A stretch of DNA of 61,115 bases, the filler included. It is 6 parts of 6 records of this genome, joined end to end, with 100 filler letters (N's around TTAATTAATTAA, not from the genome) between each part and the next. Parts side by side here need not be neighbours in the genome. Positions count along the whole stretch, not along the records: positions 1 to 20,910 come from SRR15195285_604; 5 more parts are not named here. One strand, given 5' to 3'. A program made the position numbers and the translations under genes. The notes below the pieces were generated by a model that saw only the letters and a list, made by a program, of their open reading frames with translations, searched no databases and had not been told where the DNA came from. Shown here one piece after another: positions 1 through 12,000 of the stretch (positions are counted from its first letter, which is position 1; the number at the start of each line of letters is the position of its first letter).

Positions 1-93
1 GGGGGGGGGGGGGGGGGGGGGGGGGGTCGACGGACGCTCTACAGCGACACCTGTTCCCTGCGCAGTGCGCGCGTGGAAAGCACGTGGTGCTCG

Positions 94-3000
94 ATGTCCG
101 AGACGGGCGATGCGCAAGTGAACGCGCCGCGGGGAAACGAAGACGCAGTTGTGGAACTCGTAGCTAGCCTGCGTGCACGGGTGGCGTTTCTGGAGGGACA
201 GGTTCAGACAGGTGCAGCGCCCCCCGACAACCCGCCCGGCGAGTCGGATGCCATTGCTGTGGTGGGAAGTGGATGCCGATTTCCCGGCGCCTCTAGTCCC
301 GATGAGTTTTGGAAATTACTCTGTGAAGGCACAGACGCCATTTCGGAGATTCCGCCCGGTCGGTTTGACGTCGACGAGTATTTTGATACCGACGCTGCAA
401 CTCCAGGTACCATGAACGTGAGGGAAGGCGGATTCCTCTCGCAGCCGCTGGATCATTTCGACACAGCAGCGTTTAGTATAGCGCCGCGCGAAGCAAGGCA
501 TCTTGACCCCCAGCAACGGTAAGCCAGTGCCCCATTCTGACCACGATACCATCTTAACTCTCACGGCGACGTGCCGTTCGGCGCTGTTGCTCTCGTAGGT
601 TGCTTCTGGAGTGTGCGTGGGATGCTCTCGACGACGCCGGCGTTTCTTTTGGTGATCTGCGTGGATCATCAACAGGCGTATTTGTAGGATTGATGAACCA
701 TGATGACTTCATCCGGCAGCATGTGGTCGATGATCAAATTACACCATTCACTAACGCTGGCACTTGTATGTCTATTGCCGCGAATCGAGTCTCGTACCAT
801 TTTGATCTTCAGGGCGTGAGCCTTGCGACCGATACGGCTTGTTCGAGCTCTCTCGTGGCTATGCACCTCGCACGCACAGCGCTGCTCAGTCGAGAAGCTT
901 CTGCAGCGCTGTGTGGTGGCGTCAACGCGTTGCTACTGCCAGGGTTGTTTATTGCGCTCGCCAAACTGCGGATGCTCGCGGCAGACGGTCGATGCAAGAC
1001 ATTTGACGCGTCAGCAAACGGGTATGTGCGGAGTGAAGGCTGCGGTCTGGTAGTGTTGAAGCCACTTTCCGTCGCACGTCAGGCAACAGATCGATGTTAT
1101 GCAATTGTGCGTGGCAGTGCACTGAATTCTGATGGTCGATCGGCGATTCCAATCACGGCCCCGAGCATACAGAGCCAGAAGGCCAATTTGCTCAGCGCGT
1201 ACAAATGTGCCCAGATCGACCCCCAACTGGTGCAGTTTGTGGAAGCGCATGGTACAGGTACACAAAAGGGTGACTTTGCCGAGACAGCTGCGTTGGCTGA
1301 CGTGATGGGCGTTCGTAAACGGCCAGACAACCCGCTGTTCTTGGGGTCAGTGAAAACGAACATCGGCCACGCCGAGTCTGCAAGTGGCGTCGCCGGCTTC
1401 ATCAAAGCGATTCTTTGCCTGCACCACTCGCAGATTCCACAAAACCTTCATTTCCATGTGCCAAACCCAAACATAGATTTCACGGGACTCCGCGTTGTTG
1501 ATTGCCATGTGACCAATTGGCCGCGATGCAAGCACATTAGTCGTGAGTCGATGACCGTTGGAGTGAACTCCTTTGGCTTCGGCGGAACAAACGCACATGT
1601 TGTGGTGCAGGCAGCGCCGGCAGCAGCTCCAACTGCGGAAGACCGGGCTGCTCGGCAATCATCTACTTACTGCTTACCTTTGTCTGCCAGGACTGCAGCT
1701 AGTTTGATGAGATGTGCGGTTAACATGGCCAACTGCCTCGAGTCTCGAGATGTTGCTCCACTAGACGCGTGTTACACGGCCGCGCTGAGGAGGACGCAAC
1801 ACACTCATCGAATGGCAGTGATGGGTGAGACTCGGTTGGAACTGTGCACAGCGTTGAGAGATTACGTATCCAATCCAAATTCCCCGGGTTCAAGCCAGAG
1901 GAAGTGCGTTCGAGGTGTCGCAATCGAAACTACGCCACCACGACTGGCATTCGTGTTTAGTGGACAGGGCTCTCATTGGGCAGGTATGGGTGTCCGTCTT
2001 ATGGACACGTGTAAAGTATTTCAGTCAGAAATGTCTCGCGTTGACAGCTTGCTACAACCTCTGTGTGGATTTTCCATTGTTGACGAACTGCGACGTGGCA
2101 AAGCTGCTAGACTGACACAGCCCAACGTTGTACAACCGGCCATTTTTGCCATTCAGGTGGGTATCCTGGCTGTGTTAGACTCATGGGGCATCGTACCTGC
2201 TGCTGTGATCGGTCATAGTGTCGGTGAAGTTGCAGCCGCTTTCTGTGCTGGTGCTCTGACGTTGTCGCAGGCATGTAAACTGATTGCTGTGAGAAGCAGT
2301 CTCTGTCAGAGGGTTTGTAACTCTGGCGGAATGTTGGCAGCAAAGATTACTGCGGACCGTGCTGAGCAGGAATTGCGCAACGCAGATGCAGCAGGCGCTG
2401 AGATAGCTGCTTTCAACAGCCGAACTTCTGTTACGTACAGCGGCAGCACTGAGGAGATAGGATTGATGGAAACTGCCTTTGAGGCGCGATCCATTCCACA
2501 CAAACGCCTTGATGTTAGTGGGGCGTTTCACAGTCGATCTATGGATCCTATCAGATCGCAGTTGGAGGAACAGCTTCGTGATCTGGTCCCCACGTCTTGT
2601 CGTGTACCATTCCTTTCAACCGTAACAGTGGGCCCACTATCGGGAGAGAAGCTGAATGCAGCGTATTGGTGGAGTAACGTGCGACAGCCAGTTCACTTTC
2701 ACGATACAATCGCAGCAGCACGGAGCTCTGGGTGTGACGGGTTCTGTGAAATCGGGCCACACGGAATCTTGCAGAGATACTTGAAAGAAGAGCTTCCATC
2801 ACCGTGTTGGCACATGGCAACGCTCGTGAAACCAAACGACGACAGTGAAGTTGATCGAAATGACGGACTTGTGCACGTCTTGGCGCAGTTTTTTTGTCGT
2901 GGAGTCCATTGCCGTTGGCAAGGTATGTACCCACATGGGTCTGTCATCAGCTTGCCAACTTACCAGTTTGATCGGCAGCGATGCTATGTGGATTTGGTGC

Positions 3001-6000
3001 TGGCAGCTAGAGCAAAGAGATCAGTTCAGGAGCTCGATACCCAAGGGATGCTCAGCCTAGACGCGAGTGCTATGCATAAACAGACAGTTGTGGTGCAGGC
3101 TGCGCGAACAGGCTGGGTGCATGATCATATCTTGCAGTCCAAAATTGTCTTGCCTGGAACAGCGTACATTGAAATCGCTCTCGCGGCTGCAGACCAATTG
3201 TTTTCTAGCATTGCATCTGATCCACGTAAACCTGCTTTCTGCATAAGCAGTTTGAAATGGGTCTCGCCGCTTTTTCTTGATGCAACCGATGTAGCTTGCA
3301 TTGCTGTTGATGTGCAAAAATCATCATCAGGATCGCAATCGCTCAAGTGGAGTCTCGTAATGAGTGAGGCAAATGCTGCACAGCGTTCGGAGCCACGACA
3401 CCTGGCAAATGCAACACTGGACGCCGCACACTCTATTGAGTGGCCAGATCCTGTTCAAAACTTCCTTGAGCTGCAGAACAAGATGCCGGAGCAATCTGCA
3501 GCCACCGTGGCACTATCATCAGACGAAGTGTATCAACGTTTCGCAAAAATAGGCTTAGATTACACCGGCCTCTTTCGTGGAATCGACGAAATGTGGATCG
3601 ACGTTCAGTCGGGACAGTCGGTCGCCCGAATCTGCGCCGTTGGGTATAATAGCGACTCGTACACGTTTCACCCGGCACTGCTGGATTCAATCTTGCAGTC
3701 AATGTCCGGTGCGCTCGATCTTGGTGCTCCGTTGTTCCCTGTAGAAGTTGAGTCTATTAGACTACGGAGGGCGCTGGATGACCAGGAAATCTGGACGCAC
3801 ACTCAGCTGACACAGTCTCAAGACTCGTACGTAGTTGGGAATATCATTGCGTATGATAGTACCGGGCTTCCAGTGGTAGAGATTACTGGATTCAAGGTGC
3901 AGCTGCTGGACAGTCACGACACCCCCCCAACTGTGGCTTCGTTGATGTATTGCACACGTTGGTATTCGCAACCGTTGCCGGAACTCAGACTCACGGGAAA
4001 CGATCTCGGATGGATTATGTTTTTGCCACGCAATCCGCTCGTACCGCAGCTTGTCCAGGCCCTGCTGCATGAATTGCGCGTACGTGGACTGCTGTGTGGC
4101 ACAATCAGTTTGGGTGAGAAGTTTTCCCACAGCGGTGGCGAGTGGACTGTGAGACCTGATCATGGTGAAGACGTTGCGCAGGCCACATCTGAGTTGGAAG
4201 GTCAATTGCCATTCGTTGGCATCGTGAATTTGCTAGGATTAGAAACGCTTGTCGAACCGCTGCAAAATCCTGGCGCAATGGAACGCATCCAACGGGAGTT
4301 TTGCATGCCGCTGATCCATATGCACCAAAGCTATGCGGTACAATCGAAGAAGCGCGCAATTCTGACAGTAAAGTTTGGTGGACCTAATGCAAGTGAAGGT
4401 GTGAAGATCCTCTCGCTTGCGCAGTCGTTTGTAGATGGGATTGTGCGCACGAGCATGCTAGAGTCGACGAATGTGCTTTGTTACGCGGTTAGTCTTTCGA
4501 AGGGAAATGTGACGGAGGGAGACGCTCTTCTTCGAGAGCTGATGCGTTGTTCAAAGGAACTGCGCGGAGAACATTTGCATGAAAGCTCTTCGGACTTTGA
4601 GGTTGCGCTGGAAGACAACAAACGCATTGTGCCGCGAATAGAGCGTGAAAGTGAGCAGTCTGGTAAACTCCTGACACGTGGCCAACTTGTTGTACCAAAG
4701 CATACCTATGTGCTTGTCGGTGGTCTGGGCGGCCTGGGCATAATGGTTGCCGAATGGTTGCTGAAATTGGGCGCTGATTCTCTGGTGCTCACATCACGAC
4801 GTGGCGGTAGTACAAACGCTCTGGAGACGTTGGATAAGCTTCGCCAGTCATATCTTCACGCACAAATTCTGGTTATGTGCTCCGACGCATCGGACTATTC
4901 TGACCTTGTCAGTATGTTTGACGAGTGTAAAGAGTCGACACCTCCAATCAAGGGCGTCTTTCTCTGTACTATGCAACTTGCTGATGCACACATCGAGGCA
5001 CAGACGTTCAACACCGTTCGCTTGGCCATGGCTGCGAAGATGGATGCTGCTTGGAATTTGCATGCCGCTACCAAAGGTCTACAGCTCGACTTCTTCGTTC
5101 TGTTCTCTAGTGTTAGCGGTTTGATTGGCAATCGAGGTCAAGCAAATTACGCAGCCGGCAACACCTTTCTGGACGCACTGGCCCTTTTTCGCCACCGAGA
5201 AAATCTACCCGCGACCTCAATCAACTGGGGACCTGTCAGCGGCGCCGGGTACTTAGCCAAGGACCAGGATCGACTGCTTGCAAGCTTGAAGAAGCAGGGG
5301 ATGCGCCCTGTATCACTCGAAATGCTTCTGCAAGCTTTATCTCAAGTTGTAGACCAACAGCAGCTGGTGCAAGTGGCTTGCATTGACATAGATTGGTCGA
5401 CGTACTTGCGCAAGAACTACACTGGACGGACAAGAGCGATCATGCCCGCTCGCTTGGCGAGTATTGATCATCTCACAGCTGCGCTTACTCGCCCGCTTAT
5501 TCCGAAATCAAAACCAAACGACCTTGGGTCTGTTGAGGACCAACTCAGCACAATCGCGTCGCACATTTTAGGCATCGATTGCGAGTCGAGTGTGTCCGCT
5601 GACACCTCTCTAGTCAGCTATGGTCTAGATTCGTTGATGTCCAGTGAACTGCAACTCACAATTGAGTCCAACTGGAATGTCGTCATACCAATATCGAACA
5701 TTCTACAAGGCGCATCTATCAATGATCTCAGTAAGCTGATCAGTGATTGCAGCCATCCAAATTCCGTTGCGGGGCACTCAGCAAGCTTGGAGACAGATGA
5801 GGCACCTAGTACGGTGACGATAGACTCTATCGATGATAACTTCGGTCACGGATCGTTTACAATACCCAAGCCAGTGCAACCACCAAGACCAATCACGCGT
5901 GCTAGGAAGTTCGCGAACGTGATACCGTCTCCTAGTGAACTAACGCAACCCTTCGCCATGAATGATCTGCAGTTTGCGTATTATATCGGCCGGTCTGGGG

Positions 6001-9000
6001 CATTTGGCGCTGCTGTACCGTGCCATTTTTACTTTGAGTTCGACCGGGAGCACGACGACGAGTTAGACGTTGTGCAGCTTGAGAACGCATTTAACGTGCT
6101 GATTGCACGCCATGACGTATTGCGGTCGGTCGTTGTGGACGGCATGTTTGTCATCAAGAAGTCGGTTGCCGCCTATCGTTTTGATGTCGTACAGCTAGAA
6201 GAACACAATCATGAAATGTTGGAAAAATTGCGACGAAAGTACAGTCTCGAACAGTTTGATCCAGCACAATGGCCCTTGTTCAGCATTGCGATTACGAAAA
6301 CGCCGCGGTGCTCACGCATTCATGTGAACATTGACCACATTATCCTCGATATCAAGGCGACACTAACACTATTCGCAGAGTGGGCACATTGCTATTACTA
6401 TCCTAGCTCTAGTCTACCACACATTGGCTTCTCATATCGCGATTACAGCATCGCTACTGGGCAATACAAGTCCTCTGAGCATATCAATGGCGCCAGGGCA
6501 TACTGGATGGCTCGTCTAGATCAGCTTCCACCCGCTCCTCCGCTGCCGAAAAGCCCAACCAAGGCTTCGGCCGACGAACGGTCAGTTTTCACTCGACGAA
6601 CTGCACTTTTGAGTTCGGAGCAGTGGACCAAGCTCAAATCGTCTGCTGCACAATACAGTGCAACACCAGCTAGTGTCCTTTGTACCGCGTTTTGCCTTGT
6701 TCTGGCTCGCTGGTCTGCCACGTATAGTTTCACAATCAATGTCCCAGTCTTCAGCAAGTTGCCTGTGCACGATGACGTGGAGTCGGTACTGGGTGACTTC
6801 ACATCGTCAATTTTGTTGCAGTGTGATCTCGAGCTCGGTCATGAATTCAGGCAGTGCGTGCAAAAGGTACAGCACCAAATGTCTTGTGATTTGGATCATG
6901 TTGATTTCTCTGGTGTGGCCGTTTTGCGAGAGCTCTCACGCTTACCAATAGGAAGTGGGCAAGCTGTTAACACGTCAGACACAACTGCGTCCGGCAGCAT
7001 GGCAGGCATGCCTGTTGTTTTCACAAGCATCATCGATTCAAATGCAGGCGACTCTTATGGTTGGCTTGGTCGCAACGTGTACGGTATCAGCGAAACTCCT
7101 CAGGTGGAACTTGATGGGCATGTGTACACAATAGGCGATACATTGGCTGTTAACTTTGATTTTATTGCAGCAAGATACCCACCAGGAATGGTAGATGACA
7201 TGTTCGACTCATACATTCAGTTGCTGATGTCTTTGGCAACCGAAGAGTCGTCTTGGACTACCAAACAGCTGCAGATGCTTCCGCATGCTCAACAAGTAGA
7301 GCGTACAAATGCGAATATGATCCACACAAACGAACCACAGTACGAAATTGCACAGCCACAATCGTTAGTGTATGCAATTCTGCCTGCAATGGAAGCAAGT
7401 AAGTGGGGGTTGGCTGTGGTGTGTGGAACTGTGCAATTTACCTACGCTCAACTCCTCAGCACCGCCGTAGAATTAAGTTTAAGAGCGGAGCTTCGTGAGT
7501 TGCCACCACAGTCGACCGTGGCCATAGTAATGCACAAAGGGTGGGAGCAGATTGTCGCAGTGCTTGCAACCCTGCTGTTGGGTGCTGCGTACGTACCATT
7601 GGACGCAGCTTTGCCGCAGCGCAGGCTGTCTAAACTGCTTGCTCAGTGCAAAGCTAAAGCAGTTTTTGTACAGCAGACTGACGGCAGCAGCTGGTCCGTA
7701 CCGACTATCACTGTGGATACAGTTTGTGAACCAGCAACGTGGACCAGCGGTATGGACTGGATCAGTGTATGTCAAGAACAATTACCTCACTGGTCCAGCG
7801 TTCAGACGCACGATCTCGCATACGTGCTGTTTACCAGCGGGACGACTGGCGTTCCTAAAGGTGTGATGGTCGAACATGGGTCCGTTCTAAACACGGTGGG
7901 CTTCGTGAACACACGGTTCCAAGTCTCTTCTGCCGATGTATTTTTCGGGCTGAGCCAGCTTGGATTTGATCTATCGGTGTACGACATTTTCGGTAGTTGG
8001 GCTGCTGGTGCAACGCTAGTTCTGCCGCTCGAAAATCGGATGAAAGATCCAACGCACTGGATTTCACTTGTCGCTCAACACCGCGTTTCCATTTGGAATT
8101 CTGTGCCTGCTTTGATGGCATGGAAGCTTGACAGCATGGTGTGGCCGGACAAGAAATCAACGGCGTCCGGCGAATTATCCAGCCTAAGGCTGGTTTTACT
8201 ATCCGGTGATCGCATTCCAGCAGCTCTTCCTGTCCGGATTCGTACAGTCTTTAATGGTGCAACTGTGGTGAGCCTCGGAGGACCTACTGAGGATACGATC
8301 TGGGCAATCATATGCGAGGAGGTCGATCAGTTGTCCCCAGGTGGACTGATACCGTACGGTGTCCCTATCAGCGGTATGCACGCACATGTGATAGACACGA
8401 TGGGAAACGACTGCCCAGTGTGGACAGTAGGTGAAATATGTTTCACTGGCGTCGGGGTTGGTCGTGGATACTTCGAAGACCCGGAGCTGACAGCTGCGTC
8501 ATTTTCTGTGCATCCAGCGACGGGCGACAGAATGCACCGAACCGGAGACATTGGCCGATATTTACCTGGAGGCAAAATAGAGATCATAGGTCGAAACGAC
8601 TTTCAGGTAACTTTTCTTTCGTTCATTTTTCTTTCGTTAACTTTCCCTTCACTCATTTTCCTGTCACGTTCAGGTCAAGGTACGGGGTTTTCGGATCGAG
8701 CTAGAAGAGATCGAGACGGTAGCCCAAAGTGTGGATGGAATTCAGGACGTGGCCGTTGTGCCTATACGAGACGACAACACTAACCAGAACTACACTGGAC
8801 TCGTAATGTGTTACACAACGACCCCCGAACCTCCGAAGAAAACCACGATTGTCCGACAATCTGAATCGGAAGCCGTTGCCTTCAAATGTGCCAGACTAGG
8901 AGAGCGGCAGGGGTTGGGGTCTGCCATTGCGTTGACACGCGTTGCATCACTAGAGGCACAGAAGCTTGCCCAGGATCGTCGCACGTGGCGCATGTTTGCA

Positions 9001-12000
9001 TCCTCAGCACTACCGCGGGAGAATTTTGAATCTGACATTGTAGAATCACTTCGTGAGACCTGCGCCAGCAGTTCTGTGGAGATGAAATACTTGCTGTACG
9101 TCCGAGAGGGAGGAATATCAGGTGTCCCATCAGGCTTTTACCAGATCGGCAAGCAGTTTTCACTCAAAGCCGAGAGTACATCGGACACCTTTGAACAGCT
9201 ACCTGCAGACACGGTATTTGGGGAAAACGAGTCGATTTTCCGCACGTCAAGCGGAGCAATTTTCATGTTGCAGTCTGGCACTACATGTACGCCTGCGGCA
9301 CTAATCGAAGCCGGAAGAATTGGTCATCGGCTGATGCAAAGTGTGGCTTCAGAAGATGCTGCAACAGGATTCTGTCCGATTGGCGCGATCAATTCATCAG
9401 CTTTGTATGGGTGGTTGGCATCTGGTAACAAGTCCAGCACGGTTGTCCACACTATGTGCTTTGGGCCTGTCTTAGGCTCTGTTGGTAATTCTACGCCCAC
9501 GCACATGAAGCAGACGCGCGAACAGCAGTTGCGTGCTCGTCTTACGTCCGAGCTTCCGCAGTACATGGTTCCACGTTCATATTTCGAAGTAGATGCGATG
9601 CCACTTTCAAAGAACGGCAAAGTTGACCGCCGTGCACTCGAAATCTTGTACCACTCAGACAATAGAGAGCGACTTGCACATAATTCAGTCCAAGCTTCCT
9701 GTGGTGACTCATCTAGTGGTGATGTGAATGTATCGCCGGCAGAAACTGAGCTACTGGTCATCTGGAAGAATCGACTTAAAGGCGCAACGAACATCAACAC
9801 TAAAGATGACTTTCTGGCGTTGGGTGGAGACTCTCTTGTTGCTTTGCAAATGATCGTAGATGCTCGTGCTAAAGGATTGCAGTTCTCTGTAACAGATCTT
9901 TTTGCAGCACGTACCATTCAAAATATGGCACGGCTGGCAGCAGGGCAGCAGTATAATGCTGAAAGTGCTCAAAATTCCCGTGACAAGGCAATGGAAACAA
10001 AGGACATGTCGAGATTGCCACAGCTACTCGAGGATCCAGCGAAACGCCACGAGCCGTTTGGTTTGACGCCAGTTCAGCAGGCCTATTGGGTGGGCCGGCA
10101 TGAAGAGATGAACCTCGGCAATACATCAACGCATGGATATCTAGAGTGGAAAGTGACTAGTTTCAAGCTCGAGCGACTCCAGTCTGCTCTGGTGTCCCTC
10201 GTTGAAAGACACGAGATGCTGAGAGCCATCGTACGGCAAGATGGGTTGCAGCAAGTGTTGCCTGTGAGTCACAAGACCTACCCTGCTGTAAATGTGATCG
10301 ACTTGACTAAGCATCCTGAACAAGAAGCGGAGATGCGTCGAGTCCAGATACGCAACCGCCTGTCTCACGAGATCTTCGACCCGTCAAAATGGCCGCTGTT
10401 CTCGGTTTCTGCGATATCTGTCAGTGAGGTTGACTGTTATGTCGGCTTCAGCTACGATATGCTCGTGTTTGACGTGCGCAGCATCTTTATGTTTGTTGAT
10501 CAGCTGTTTTTGATCTACCATGGGCGAGAGCACGTATACACCAAGCCGAAAATCAGTTTTCGAGACTACACAGAAGCGCTTGAGCGCTGGAAATATGAGT
10601 CTAGCGACTATCACAACAGCATACAGTTCTGGCGGCAAACATTTGTGGAGCACCGTCCACGTGGTCCAGACTTACCGCTGGCATCAAGACCCGAAGACAT
10701 CGAGCAACCTCGGTTTCTACGCCAAGAATTGCGGTTCTCTGCAGCCGTGTGGTCAAGCTTTAGCGAAAGCGCCACCGAAAACGGACTGACCCCGTCGGCC
10801 GTTTTACTTTCTCTGTTCGGACTGGTCTTGCGACAATGGTGCAGTGACGAAAATCGTCCCTTCTGCATCAATGTGCCTGTGTCATCGAGGCTACCCCTTC
10901 ACGTGGACGTCGACCGCCTCATTGGAGACTTTACCACGACAATCTTCATCACTTTCCAAGGCAGCAGCACTTGCTTTCTTGAACAAGCTCGGGCTACTGC
11001 TGAGCAACTAATGGAGCGCATCGAGCATCGCCACGTATCTGGCGTAGAAGTTCTCCGGAGTCTGTCAACAGGCGATCCCTCTATCATGTCTGAGATGGCG
11101 GTACCTGTTGTTTTTACCTCTGCGTTGGACATAAGTGTTGAGGCTCATTCTGATATAGAATTTTCCTACGGTGTCTCACAGACGTCACAAGTCTGGCTTG
11201 ACTGCCAGGTATACACAGAGAATGATACCCTCATCATGAACTGGGATTATGTATCCGGCCTGTTTGCACCAGGACTAGTCGACACGATGGCTACATTGTT
11301 CTACGCAAGCGTAGGCAGATTGTCGGCCAGCTCATCATGGGACACGTTGAAGATTACAAGTGGTGTTGACATGCCAGATGGTGGTGACGACCTAGCGGCT
11401 GCAAACAATCATCAGCTTCTGCACTCAGCGTTTGTACAACACGCCTGTTCTCATGGCGAGCGTCCAGCTGTAGTTTCTGCAGAAACCGGAAGGATATTTT
11501 CTTACCGCCAGCTGCTTGATCAGGCAGTAGTGGTCCATAACTGGGTAGCACAGCACGTCTCCCACAAGGCGGAGCAAACCCGGCTTGTTGCTGTGGTAAC
11601 AAACAAAGGCTGGGAAGAGGTCGTTGCCGTTCTTGGTGTGCTATGTACCGGAGCTGCGTACATACCGATTTCGGCATCGCTTCCTCCAAATCGAATCAGG
11701 CAGCTTCTCGATTTGTGTGAAGCATCGTGTGTTTTAACGCACTCCGCAATTAAATCCTATCTGGGATTCTTGGATGCAATTGCTCCGACTCTGTGTGTTG
11801 ACGCCATCGATTACCCTGGCACCTCGACAAAAGCACATGACCAAATCATCGTATCTGGCGACGGAGGTTCTTTGGCTTACGTCATATTTACCAGTGGGTC
11901 CACCGGTGTGCCGAAAGGAGTAATGATTCAGCACTGTGCTGCACTAAATACAATTGACGAAATCAACCGCCGATTTGAGGTAGGTTCGGCTGACAGAGTT

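Noticed and set aside
1-26. Poly-G run at the window start
   Set aside because: Contig-end homopolymer, most likely a sequencing or assembly artefact; not supportable as a telomere or G-quadruplex.
8607-8783. Overlap of ORFs 600..8783 and 8731..19002 as two genes or a programmed frameshift
   Set aside because: A canonical 67-bp GT-AG intron explains the frame change and restores the A8 motif.
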